A stretch of 63,808 bases of DNA, the filler included, from Octopus bimaculoides (taxonomy: Eukaryota), in assembly GCF_001194135.2 (NCBI RefSeq). It is 6 parts of 6 records of this genome, joined end to end, with 100 filler letters (N's around TTAATTAATTAA, not from the genome) between each part and the next. Parts side by side here need not be neighbours in the genome. Positions count along the whole stretch, not along the records: positions 34,390 to 43,243 come from NC_068984.1; positions 43,344 to 45,580 come from NC_068991.1; positions 45,681 to 51,592 come from NC_068981.1; positions 51,693 to 63,808 come from NC_068995.1; 2 more parts are not named here. The stretch is one strand, 5' to 3'. Each line of letters begins with the position of its first letter. Positions within the stretch are counted from its first letter, which is position 1. Of the stretch, positions 38,844 to 51,769 are shown one piece after another. The notes under the pieces were generated by a model. It ran no database searches, was not told the origin of the DNA, and saw nothing but the letters and a program-made list of their open reading frames with translations. The position numbers and the translations under genes are program-made.

Positions 38844-40132
38844 GTTACACCTATTCACTTTCGTTTCAGGGTATGGGAACTCTTAACGCTTTCGAACCCA
38901 CAAGACAGTCTCTACGCATTCATCTCATCGCAGTCAAAATTCCTTTTCATCTTGAAAAAAAACAAATTGGTTAGTTTTGATTATTCTTGTATAAATCTTT
39001 TTCTGTTTATTTTAAACTGCCGCCTGCTTCGTAGTAAGGTCGTTAGAAAGTGCAAAACTGTCTCGTTCTTTCCAATGACAATTTCTCAATCTGCATTTCA
39101 CGTCAGTATGGCAGATTTGGATTGTATTTAGTCTGGTGAACGTCTGTAGCATCTGTGAATTATGGAACTAGGTTCTTTCTCCAAGAATTCAAGTTCATTC
39201 ATAATTTGATCGATATATACGGACACTCTTATGCCAATGAGTATAAAACGAGGATGTAGTTTGGAAGTAAACCGTGTTCAGCGTGAGAAATTACATCAGT
39301 ATACGAAGTTTCAAACTGTTTATTTAAAAAAAAACATAATTAAAAAATCTGTGAGCCAAGCTGAAGAGATCCAAGTATCGTGGGCGCGTAGGATACGTCC
39401 ACCAGATTTTACGTTAGGTGGACCTGAATCAAACTGCTATTACACGCACACACACTGAATCCCAAACCACATGGTTAGGAAGTAAGCTTCTTATCCACGC
39501 AGCTACGACAGCGTTTCAAACTTGAGTGTGTGTGTGTATGTGTGTGTGTGTGAGATTGATTTTCCAGCACACTTGGAAACTAACTGTAAATACGTTGTGT
39601 ACAATGATAGACTTTACTGTCGTAAGACTGATGAAATTCTGTTAAATTGCGATGCCGACTCCATTCCCTCTCATGAATATAAATGACAAGGAGATAGATT
39701 GTGTCAAGCTCACTTGTTAGAGATACGTTGCATGAAGTCGATCTATTTCAGTGTCTCCTCTACACCTCGACTAGGCCGGCATCTGTTTCTCTTATTTCTC
39801 CATCTTTCTCACCCCTTTCATGGTTAAAACAGGCGATATAGGCTAGAAATGGCGAATCTGTGACACGCACATCAGCTGTGACGTCTTGGGTTTTTGGGTG
39901 ACCGATGAGACTTCGAAAGAAAATTTCCCTGGAATATCATGTCATAGAAAGGTTATATCTATAAGCATTTATTTAAAACTGAAACGTATGTATACATGTA
40001 AGTGTTATTTTAGTTACAGGGTTATTAAACAAATGAATATTTCAACACGTCCAGCCAAAGACATCAAGGTTTACAAACTGATGACACACTCATTCTTATC
40101 CTGTTGTTATTATGGCGCTATGTAAGGCGGTG

Positions 40133-40342
40133 AGCTGGCAGAATCGTTACCGCGCCGGACAAAACGCTGAGCAGCATTTACTTGGTTTTACGTTCCGAGT
40201 TCAAATGTCATTGAGGCCAGCTTCGCCGTTTATCGTTTTGGGGTCGATAAAATAAGTACCAGTCAAACACTGTGGTCAATGATATCGACTTAATCCTTCT
40301 AAAAATGACTGGCCTTGTGCCAGTATTTGAAATCATTATTAC
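40133..40342 (+). mobile_element. tRNA-derived SINE
   Basis: AAGGCGGTGAGCTGGCAGAATCGTTA...GAGTTCAAAT...GGGGTCGATAAAATAAGTACCAG. Confidence 0.8.
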
Positions 40343-40382
40343 GGTGTTATGTCCCTGGCCAAGACATTAAATTTCCAAAAGC

Positions 40383-40541
40383 CAGGCGCAGGCGTAGCTG
40401 TGTGCTAAGAGGTTTGTTTCCAAATACACGGTCGCAGTTTCAGTCCTAATGCGTGGCACTTTGGGCAAGTGTCTTTCACTATAGCCCCGGGCCAACCAAA
40501 GCTCTGTAAGTGCATTTGGTAGACGGAAACTGAAAGAAGTT

Positions 40542-40591
<50 letters not shown>

Positions 40592-40780
40592 ATATGTGTG
40601 TGAGTCTTTGAGTTTGTCCCCCACACCACTTCACAACCGGTGTTAGTGTGTTTACATCATTAACTTAGCGATTCTGAAAAAACACTGATAAAAAAGTACT
40701 TGGGTCGAATCATTTGACTAAAACCCTACAAGGTGGTGCCCCAGCATGGCTTCAACCCAAAAACTGAAACAAGTAAAAGA
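40383..40780 (+). mobile_element. tRNA-derived SINE with an internal (TA)n
   Basis: AGGCGCAGGCGTAGCTGTGTG...TTTGGTAGACGGAAACTGAAAGAAG; same family as 63594-63765. Confidence 0.8.
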
Positions 40781-42336
40781 AAAGCCGACGAAAGAGCTTC
40801 TACGTAGTTGCTAATAATAGCAGCCGAATAGCAAATAATTTATATGTTAGTATTTATAAGTTGGTGATTGGATTATTTCTGTTGTGAAGGGGGAGTGTAT
40901 TGACGAATTTTTTATTTATAATTTTATGAATGTTACAAAAGCCTTTTACAATCTTTGACTTCTATTGTAGTCATCAGGTATGCATTGAACTGAAATCTGT
41001 CATCCTGTTCTTTCTTCCTGTAAATACGATCATAGCAAAGATTTTTCAGATATATTCACGAGTTTCAGATACAAGATCACAATAATCCCTTTGCTGCAAA
41101 CCAGAAAATGTGTTCCTGTGTTCCTAACAGCTTCCAGAGGATCCATTTACGGTGTGTTTTTCAGATGGGACACAGTATTGATACGAGCGGGATTGTATTC
41201 TCTATAAAATCATTGAAGTCTTATATTATTTGTCTTGATTCAAGATAAATCCATGCCTAGCAGGAATTATCCATATGCTTTGTTTGGAATATCTCAAAAG
41301 GTTTCGCAAAACAGTTTTGGAAGCAATCTCTAAATTTTCCTCAGATGGCAAAGTTAGTGATTACACCGCAGACAAAAAATCGAGCGCTACTTTCCTCCCT
41401 GGATTCGGAGTGTCATAAACCTTCTACATATTCAAACTCGTGTCCTTGTTAACCTTCGTAAAAAGCTGCCATTTATTTCCATTTTTATGTAACGCAGATC
41501 CTGTCCATTAAGTGGAGATGCAATCTCTAACATAGAAAAACGTGCAGCTCATTTTGTTTTCTGCCTGGAACCCTTATTCATTAACCTGTTTCATTAAGTG
41601 CATGTGTCAACCTACTTCAGTTCTGTATCCATTAAAACAGTTTTTACCTTATGGATATTATAATTATGTTTATCAAGGTTGAATTATGCCTTCCTATTTT
41701 GTGCTATCAACTTGAAGGGAATAAGTTATATCTTTTGATTGTTGAGTGTAGTGCTTTGGCCAATACGATTTCCTTTACCAGGAAACAGAGACTACCTAAC
41801 GAGACTACCTTTTCACTGTTTGCATAAGCAGTGTGATTGTATAAAACAGAACGTTTAATTATTTAGATGGCTTCCAAGAGAAGCTCTCACGCAGCATCAG
41901 CTACTAAATTGTTCTGCTGATGCTATTCAATTCAAAGCTTCCATTGTGGTCTCACATTGTCAGCACACATCCAAAAACATTAGGGTTTTGGATTTTTATT
42001 CTTAATTTTTATGTTTATGTGTCACAGGTACAAATCATAGAGATTAATATCAGAGTTGTGACACTAAAATAGAAAAGAAAAATTTCTAGTATCCATGGGG
42101 AGGATGACAGTAAAACTTATTGAAATTACTTTAATGCTACAAAGTGGATTGTAATGGAATAATACGGAATGATCGATAATTTCTCTGTGATTGATACCTT
42201 CCAATGATATATGCGATCGCTGGATCTCCAGTCTTTTATGTTCATTCACATTTGGCGTCTACGTTTTTCTGTCAAACTGAACCTTTTAAACGTATTTTTA
42301 TGCAAAGCTTCATCTGATGCTCAAACGTTAACTAAG

Positions 42337-42382
<46 letters not shown>

Positions 42383-42734
42383 GTTGGTTTGTTTACGTCC
42401 TCGTAACTTTGCGGTTCGGTGAAATAGAATAAATATCAAGCTTAAAAAATAGGCATTGGGTGGGGGCGATTTGTTCGTCCAGACCTTTCGAGGTGGCCAA
42501 GCATGGCCGCATTCCGATCGCTGAAACGAATAAAAGATGAAATATAAATGTGAAACGTACTAAATATCTCTGAAGGTGCTGAAGAATTCAAGAGCTGGGG
42601 CTTGCTTCCACTTGCAATGGCACCGAGCCCTAAACCTGCCTTTGATTAAGGCGCAAATAGGTTTAAGATGCCTTCCTAGAAAACGTGACATCTATTCCCG
42701 ACAGCCAAATGAAATGGGGTTATACAGAATGACG

Positions 42735-42935
42735 TCATCCCCCTTCCCCTGAAATTCGGGGAAGGGGTCAAGTTCAATTACATCGACCCGAGTACTTCAT
42801 TAGTATGTTATTTGATCGACCCCAAAAAGATAAAGAGCAAGGTCGACCTCGGTGGGATTCGAACTCAAAACGTACGGAAACGGAAAGAAATGCCGCTAAG
42901 CATTTTGTACGACCTGATAATGCTTACTGCCAGCC
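42735..42935 (-). mobile_element. tRNA-derived SINE
   Basis: Reverse complement of the 40133/56003 family. Confidence 0.75.
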
Positions 42936-43369
42936 TGCTTCCTCGTTTCATGTCTTGTATGAGTTATAATCTTATCTTTGAAAAAAACACGAGCATTTAT
43001 TACAATGCTTACTTACCTATTACGCTTCTATGAAAAATACACTCGCACACACACACACGCACACATGCACACACACAAACACGCACACACACACACACAC
43101 ACGCACACACACATACACACACAGACACACAGACACACATAGGCACAGGCACACAGACACATACAGACACAGACACACAGACACATGTATGGTATATATA
43201 TATATATGTTATATGTATAGTATATATACATATACATATATATNNNNNNNNNNNNNNNNNNNNNNNNNNNNNNNNNNNNNNNNNNNNTTAATTAATTAAN
43301 NNNNNNNNNNNNNNNNNNNNNNNNNNNNNNNNNNNNNNNNNNNTATATATATATATATATTTCTATATA

Positions 43370-43775
43370 TCATCATCAATATCATCCTTTAACATCTGCC
43401 TGAAATCACATTCTTTGACCAGAGCTGGTAAGCTGGGAAGCTGCACTATGTTCCACTCTGATTTGGCTTGGTTTCTACTGCTGGATGCTATTCCTATTGC
43501 CAACCATTTTACAGCAAGTATGAGCACTCCTATGTGGCACTAGCATGAGTGCTCACCATGTGGCACTGGCATGAGTTCTTTTTATGTTGTACCAGCACAG
43601 GACTCTTGCAGGCTGATCGTGTTCACTAGGAGGTGTGGCTTTAACACTTCTTTTGTGGAGGACGGGTCTTCTTGAGTACAGCAAAGTGCCAGATATCTTG
43701 GTTCTTTCTTATCTCATCTGAAAGGTTCAGTTTTCTGAGATCATTGTTCAGTACCTCATCCCATGTCTTCCTGGG
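43370..43775 (-). mobile_element. RTE 3' end and UTR
   Basis: Similar to 11238-11625; CCCAGGAAGACATGGGATGAGG on the minus strand. Confidence 0.7.
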
Positions 43776-44712
43776 TCTCTCTCTCTCTGTTTATATATAT
43801 AAATCTATTTGTTTTCAACACCACCTGTCTTCGTCTGTTGTTCTTTTGTGTTTTCTCCCTATATATATATATATNNNNNNNNNNNNNNNNNNNNNNNNNN
43901 NNNNNNNNNNNNNNNNNNNNNNNNNNNNNNNNNNNNNNNNNNNNNNNNNNNNNNNNNNNNNNNNNNNNNNNNNNNNNNNNNNNNNNNNNNNNNNNNNNNN
44001 NNNNNNNNNNNNNNNNNNNNNNNNNNNNNNNNNNNNNNNNNNNNNNNNNNNNNNNNNNNNNNNNNNNNNNNNNNNNNNNNNNNNNNNNNNNNNNNNNNNN
44101 NNNNNNNNNNNNNNNNNNNNNNNNNNNNNNNNNNNNNNNNNNNNNNNNNNNNNNNNNNNNNNNNNNNNNNNNNNNNNNNNNNNNNNNNNNNNNNNNNNNN
44201 NNNNNNNNNNNNNNNNNNNNNNNNNNNNNNNNNNNNNNNNNNNNNNNNNNNNNNNNNNNNNNNNNNNNNNNNNNNNNNNNNNNNNNNNNNNNNNNNNNNN
44301 NNNNNNNNNNNNNNNNNNNNNNNNNNNNNNNNNNNNNNNNNNNNNNNNNNNNNNNNNNNNNNNNNNNNNNNNNNNNNNNNNNNNNNNNNNNNNNNNNNNN
44401 NNNNNNNNNNNNNNNNNNNNNNNNNNNNNNNNNNNNNNNNNNNNNNNNNNNNNNNNNNNNNNNNNNNNNNNNNNNNNNNNNNNNNNNNNNNNNNNNNNNN
44501 NNNNNNNNNNNNNNNNNNNNNNNNNNNNNNNNNNNNNNNNNNNNNNNNNNNNNNNNNNNNNNNNNNNNNNNNNNNNNNNNNNNNNNNNNNNNNNNNNNNN
44601 NNNNNNNNNNNNNNNNNNNTATATATATATATATATATATATATATGACAGGTGTCGTTCAGTTTCTGCTTCTCAAATCTACTCACAACCAAGCCTGCGC
44701 CTGTATGATATT

Positions 44713-44746
<34 letters not shown>

Positions 44747-45139
44747 TGTCTGTCTGTCTGTCTCTCTATCTCTCTCTATATATATATCTAGGCATCTAAT
44801 TACTTTTGAGGTGTCTGTGAATATACATATACATATATGTATATGTACACCCTATTTCTGTTGATGTATGAGTCCTGCTGCTAAAACTTATTGATGTTGA
44901 AAGGCACCACTACATATCCATGTCACCTTCGCATATTGGTATGTGATAATGCAAATACTAATAATAATGTTGCCAATAGAAACCATAAACTCATCACATA
45001 CACAGGTAATATTTGCAAGAGAAATGTCAGTAGATGACCAATACAATCAGAGGCCTTCTGGATATCACTGGAGAGGGTAGCAGCTGTCAGTGACACATGA
45101 GGAACAGGTGTTAGGTGAGACAGGGATTTCCATGGCAGT

Positions 45140-45580
45140 TTGGTACCATCATCATCATTATCATTTAATATCTGTGTTCCATGCTAGCATGGGTGGGATG
45201 GTACCACAAAAGCCGGGCAGGCCAAAGCCTGTACCTGACTTCTGTGACTGTTTTGGCAGGATTTTTACAGTTGGATGCCTTTCCTAACACCAGCCACTCA
45301 GCAGAGTTGACTTAGTGTTTTTATGTGGCACAAGCAGAGGCAAAGGGTATAGATAAAAGAGGAAACTAATTTCTTTGATGGGGCAGGGAACACTGACGGG
45401 GTCGGGGGCGTAGGAATACTTCTAGCGGAGAAATGGGTGGATAAGGTAATCGAGGTCGTTAGAGTAAGTGACAGAGTACTTAAGATCAGACTAGTGCTTC
45501 ATCATAGATTAGTTACTGTCATCTCAGCCTATGCACCTCAACCGGGGCTACCAGATGGTCTGAAAGACCAATTCTATGAC
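45140..45580. mobile_element. RTE 3' tail (-, 45140-45330) joined to an RTE endonuclease fragment (+, 45345-45580)
   Basis: ORF 45437 reads KVIEVVRVSDRVLKIRLVLHHRLVTVISAYAPQ. Confidence 0.75.
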
Positions 45581-45759
45581 NNNNNNNNNNNNNNNNNNNN
45601 NNNNNNNNNNNNNNNNNNNNNNNNTTAATTAATTAANNNNNNNNNNNNNNNNNNNNNNNNNNNNNNNNNNNNNNNNNNNNTGCACATAAATGTATATACA
45701 TACATCACCATATGTATATACACTTCTATGGAAATGATGTGAGCGTGTAAATGTTTAAA

Positions 45760-46050
45760 CGTCACTGCACGTGACACTCACTTTGTTGTTTTATTACTAT
45801 GCATACATTTCCGTACACTTTCTGCACGCATGCGCATGTGTACATGTATATGTTTACACTTGTGTATGCGTATATGTATCTTTATAATGTGTATGTATGC
45901 ATGTATGTATGTGTGTATATACGAATGTATACATGTACGTATGTATGTACTATGTATGTATGTGTATATTTTTCATGTGTCAGACACACTTCTCTTGTTT
46001 TCATTTCATACAAGTTTGTATAAATGTGTGTATGTGTGCGTGTTTGTGTT

Positions 46051-46098
<48 letters not shown>

Positions 46099-46724
46099 CG
46101 TGTGCGTGTGTGTGTGTGTGTGTTCCTGTATTAATGTGATCGACCGACGCACGACCAATTGAAAAAACACAAAATATTTCATGGTCTGTTCGGACAAATG
46201 TTTTGTTTTTATTATTCATTGTTTGGTTCATTTACCGATGAAAAGGATGTATGGGGAGGGGGGAGAATAGAATCGTAATCACGTGACATGGCTGCAAGAC
46301 AGCAACGACGGCCATCTTAACCACTCTACTTCTGTTTCTACCATGTCTTTTCTACACTTACAAGCCTACACACAAACCTAAATCTCTAATACATAAAAAT
46401 GCTCACATATACTTGTTTGTGTGTGTGTGTGTCTGTGTGTGTGTGCGTGTGTGTGTCTGTGTGTGTGTCTGTGTCGGTGTGTGTGTGTGTGTATATATAT
46501 ATATATGCATACACACACACACAAACGTGTGTATGTGTATACATATATATGTCTATATAAATATGTATTTATATATGCATATATAAATATATATATACAT
46601 AAATATATATAAAAATATAAAATTATATTAATATATATATACATATAAATATATATATATAAATATATATGCATATATATATACATATACATGCATATAT
46701 AAATATATATATATATATATATGC

Positions 46725-46772
<48 letters not shown>

Positions 46773-46866
46773 AAATATATATTCATATNNNNNNNNNNNN
46801 NNNNNNNNNNNNNNNNNNNNNNNNNNNNNNNNNNNNNNATATATATATATATATACATGTATATGC

Positions 46867-46897
<31 letters not shown>

Positions 46898-47720
46898 TGC
46901 ATATGTATATACATATATAAATGTATATGTATAAACACATAAATATATATATATAGACATATACACACATTCGTTTTACGTTGTTTTGTTATTCTCATTT
47001 TACTGGGGGTTTTTTCGTCTTTTTTTTTTACTCTTTATCTTTCAATTTATTATTGTTGATGTTGTTGTTGCCGTTACTGGCTTCCTCCTCCTCCTGCAAC
47101 TTCGCCCTCCATTAGAATTCTTTTTCTTATTCTGTCTCGTTTCGATTTTGCCTTCGTTCTTGCTGTGGTTAAGTATTTTCTCCTCCTCCTCCTCCTCCTC
47201 CTTCTACTACTACTACTACTACGACTACTACTACTACAACCACGACTACTACTTTCTACTTCCATCTCTTCTTTCACCTCCTCCTCCTCCTCTTCCTTCT
47301 TCTACTGCTCCTCCTCCTCCTTCTCCTCCTCGTTATTCCTGTCTTCGTCCACGACGGTGCCGACGATTCATAATTCTTTCTGTGAGGTTTTTTTGTTGTT
47401 TTTTGTCTCCGTTTTATTCCATTCTCTTCTGGCGACATCAACTCGAAGAAGTCAAAAAGGCAGCTCTTGAAGACGCATCAAAACACACGTGCCGCCGCCC
47501 TCCTTGTCACACGCGGCGGCACACTGTTTGTCCGAGCAGCAAACCTATGAATAAATTTCAGCGTCTTTGGCGGCAATTATAGGTGTAACGATGCCACGTG
47601 ACCAGGCACGTGACGAACCGAGGCGATGTTACGGCGCGAACGATCGACGGCTATTAACAGCAATGAAGGATCGTGTCGAGTAAAGTCGGATACTTTCGGA
47701 AATGTCCGAAGGAGTCGCAC
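45760..47720. promoter_or_regulatory. Promoter-like region with four CACGTGAC E-boxes, YY1-like and TATA-like motifs
   Basis: CACGTGAC at 45768, 46280, 47595 and 47607; GCCATCTT near 46312; CTATAATT on the minus strand at 47575-47582; CpG-rich 47340-47720. Confidence 0.55.
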
Positions 47721-47792
47721 ATTTGAAGGGAACCGGATGGAGCATAGCATTACGGTTTGATGTGTCCTGTACGGTTGCTTATTTATACGTTC

Positions 47793-47840
<48 letters not shown>

Positions 47841-47850
47841 NNNNNNNNNN

Positions 47851-47895
<45 letters not shown>

Positions 47896-47949
47896 CGCCC
47901 TGTGTGAGTGCATGTGTGTGTATGTATTTATATATAATTAATACATAGA

Positions 47950-48190
<241 letters not shown>

Positions 48191-49789
48191 ATATGTATAT
48201 ATATATGCACTCACACATACACACACACACATATATACGCGCACACACACTCACATACATGTTTATATGTATGTGTGTATGTATGTATATGTATTGTTGA
48301 CATGATAAGAGTTTCATAAACTTTCGTGTGAACAAGTTTCTTTGTTTATATTTTGGGAACTGGATCTCCAAGTACACATAAAGCTATAAGTAATAACGTA
48401 AATTTTGAGTTCAAAAACTCTTTTGGATAGAAAAAGTCGAAGACTGCCCGTGATACCTTTGTTCCTTTATGTGTTCCAGCCCAAAGGCTGCGGTCATGCT
48501 GGGGCACTGTCATTAGCGTAGGCCTAATATACCCTGTGCGTTGTTCTTTTACCTCAGTTTTGTGTTCTTTAATTTTGGACCACATATACATACAAACACA
48601 CACACACACACATTATATATATATATATATATATNNNNNNNNNNNNNNNNNNNNNNNNNNNNNNNNNNNNNNNNNNNNNNNNNNNNNNNNNNNNNNNNNN
48701 NNNNNNNNNNNNNNNNNNNNNNNNNNNNNNNNNNNNNNNNNNNNNNNNNNNNNNNNNNNNNNNNNNNNNNNNNNNNNNNNNNNNNNNNNNNNNNNNNNNN
48801 NNNNNNNNNNNNNNNNNNNNNNNNNNNNNNNNNNNNNNNNNNNNNNNNNNNNNNNNNNNNNNNNNNNNNNNNNNNNNNNNNNNNNNNNNNNNNNNNNNNN
48901 NNNNNNNNNNNNNNNNNNNNNNNNNNNNNNNNNNNNNNNNNNNNNNNNNNNNNNNNNNNNNNNNNNNNNNNNNNNNNNNNNNNNNNNNNNNNNNNNNNNN
49001 NNNNNNNNNNNNNNNNNNNNNNNNNNNNNNNNNNNNNNNNNNNNNNNNNNNNNNNNNNNNNNNNNNNNNNNNNNNNNNNNNNNNNNNNNNNNNNNNNNNN
49101 NNNNNNNNNNNNNNNNNNNNNNNNNNNNNNNNNNNNNNNNNNNNNNNNNNNNNNNNNNNNNNNNNNNNNNNNNNNNNNNNNNNNNNNNNNNNNNNNNNNN
49201 NNNNNNNNNNNNNNNNNNNNNNNNNNNNNNNNNNNNNNNNNNNNNNNNNNNNNNNNNNNNNNNNNNNNNNNNNNNNNNNNNNNNNNNNNNNNNNNNNNNN
49301 NNNNNNNNNNNNNNNNNNNNNNNNNNNNNNNNNNNNNNNNNNNNNNNNNNNNNNNNNNNNNNNNNNNNNNNNNNNNNNNNNNNNNNNNNNNNNNNNNNNN
49401 NNNNNNNNNNNNNNNNNNNNNNNNNNNNNNNNNNNNNNNNNNNNNNNNNNNNNNNNNNNGTGTGGTGCGGGGGTGTCTGTGTACGGGAGGGAGCGTGAGG
49501 TGGTCTTTGTTTATTGGGGTGAGGGGCAGCAGTGTGCAGAAGAGGGGGTGGGTGGGTGTTTTTATTTACAGTAAGCTGGGGACGGGGGTCTTTGTTTAGA
49601 GGGGGTGGCCATGGTCACCGTTTGCGTGTCTATGGTTGTGCATGTGCGTCTGTGTGTGTGTGTGTGTGTGCGTGTGTATGTGTGTCTGTCTGTCTGTGTG
49701 TCCCCAATAAACATAATATAAACATTAATGTGAATTTTTGTCAAACATCTCCGAATTTACGATCTTTTATAGTTTTTTAACTGAGTTTA

Positions 49790-50260
49790 GCTCCACCACC
49801 ACCGCTGCCGCCATCCTCCATCCACCCACCGACCTCATCACCAATATTACCATTGCTGTCACCACCACCACCACAACTACCGCCAACACCACAACCATAG
49901 CCACCACCACTGCCACCACCGCTAGCACCACCACCCCCACCATCATCACCATCACCATCATCATCATTTTCATCATCATCCTCAGCAGCAGCAGCACCAC
50001 CACCACCACCACCACCCACCACCGCTAGCACCACCATCACCACTACAACCACTGCCACCACCACCACCGCCGTCGTCATCATCACCATCATCATCATCAT
50101 CATTATCATGATCGTCGTCGTCGTCGACTTTGCCATCGTCATCAACATCGCCACCGCCACCTTCATCATCAGCAGCAGCAGCAACAACAACAACAACAAC
50201 GGTAATAGCATCACCACCACAACCGCCATCCTCACCAATATGACGAACCAACAGGGCAAC
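49790..50260. repeat. (CAC)/(CAT)/(CAG)/(CAA) trinucleotide low-complexity tract
   Basis: Seen directly. Confidence 0.9.
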
Positions 50261-50649
50261 CCTGCGTGGCTGTTGGTGATGTTGTTGTTGATGTTGATGT
50301 TGTTATGCAGTGTCAGGTCACTCCTCCTCTTGCAGACCTCTTGATTCCAGACGTGACCATCTCATTTATTTCCTACGTGTCAAAAGCCCAGCACCACATC
50401 ATTGACTTTATCCATTTCAGAGACGGTAAATTCGAGAGAAATTTAACTACTATTTCTAGCTGACTGAGTGACCACATGTATTTCCCCTATAAAAATAATG
50501 ACCAAATCCCTTTCAAACGACCCTCAGCTATATTTAAAACATCGATAATGTAGTCCAAAGTACACTGTGCCTGAAAATAAGTTGGTAATATGAAATCTTG
50601 CAAGTTTTTGACGAAAGACCTTAATCAAAAGTCATTTTTGGAAAATAAA

Positions 50650-50862
50650 ATATCCTTTTCTACTCTAGGCACAAGGCCCGAAATTTTGGGGGAAGAGGCC
50701 AACCGTTAAGACCGACTCCAGTATGCAACTGGTACTTAATTTATCGATCCCGAAAGAATAAAAGTGAAAGTCGACCTCGGCGGAAATTGAACTCAGAACG
50801 TAACGGCAGCCGAAATACCGCTAAGCATTTCGCCCGGTGTGCTAACGTTTCTACCAGCTCTC
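50650..50862 (-). mobile_element. tRNA-derived SINE
   Basis: Reverse complement of the 56003 family. Confidence 0.8.
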
Positions 50863-51339
50863 TAGTTTGTAGGAAACCGTGAATAAAAAAAACATTCACT
50901 AATATTGCAAATAGCCGCTGGGCTGAACAGAAAGTCGGAGCACACAGCTGAAACAGCATTAGATTAGAATAGTCATCTGTATATCATACTTAACGTATAT
51001 ACACTGTCAACGAGCATAAAGCGGAAGATTTTATCTTAGAGAAAATTTCTTCATAGCGATTTTGTGTCAAAAACAGCTATTCGCTTTGCTCTGTGCTTTT
51101 AATACATGTCTATAAGGAAATTTTATCTCAGACAAAACCCATAGCACCAAGCTTTTCAAGAGTGTATATATGTGAAATATGATACACAGTCGGTTATTTT
51201 AATTTCATACTGTTTCAACTGAGTACACTGACTTTATTTCAGCCCGGCAAGCTTTCTGCAATATCAGTGAATGTATATTCACTGCTCTCTACTGAAAGAG
51301 ACAAATTTCGTCTAAGCATGTGACAACCGAGTACACGTC

Positions 51340-51590
51340 ATTGAGAAAACCGAAACAGGGCCATGCTGGAGCATCGCCTTGGAGAATTTTTATTCTAATG
51401 AATCGACCACAGTATTTCTTTTTAAGCCTGGTACTATTTCTATCAGTCTCCTTTGCCAAACTGCTACGTTATGGGAATGTAAACACACCAGCACCGGTTG
51501 TCAGGCGTTGGTGAGGAACAAACACAGACACGAAGACACATACACACACACACACACTAATATATATACAAATATATATATATATATATA
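51340..51590 (-). mobile_element. SINE 3' half
   Basis: Reverse complement resembles 40620-40780. Confidence 0.65.
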
Positions 51591-51769
51591 TANNNNNNNN
51601 NNNNNNNNNNNNNNNNNNNNNNNNNNNNNNNNNNNNTTAATTAATTAANNNNNNNNNNNNNNNNNNNNNNNNNNNNNNNNNNNNNNNNNNNNCGTTGCCC
51701 TTGAAACCACCTCGTAATCCCTGAGAGTAGTGCCGAAATATCTCTATGTGCTTATGATAATAATAATAA

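Noticed and set aside
49460-49610. G-run-rich segment (possible G-quadruplex)
   Set aside because: The runs are irregular, it abuts a large gap, and nothing else supports a function.
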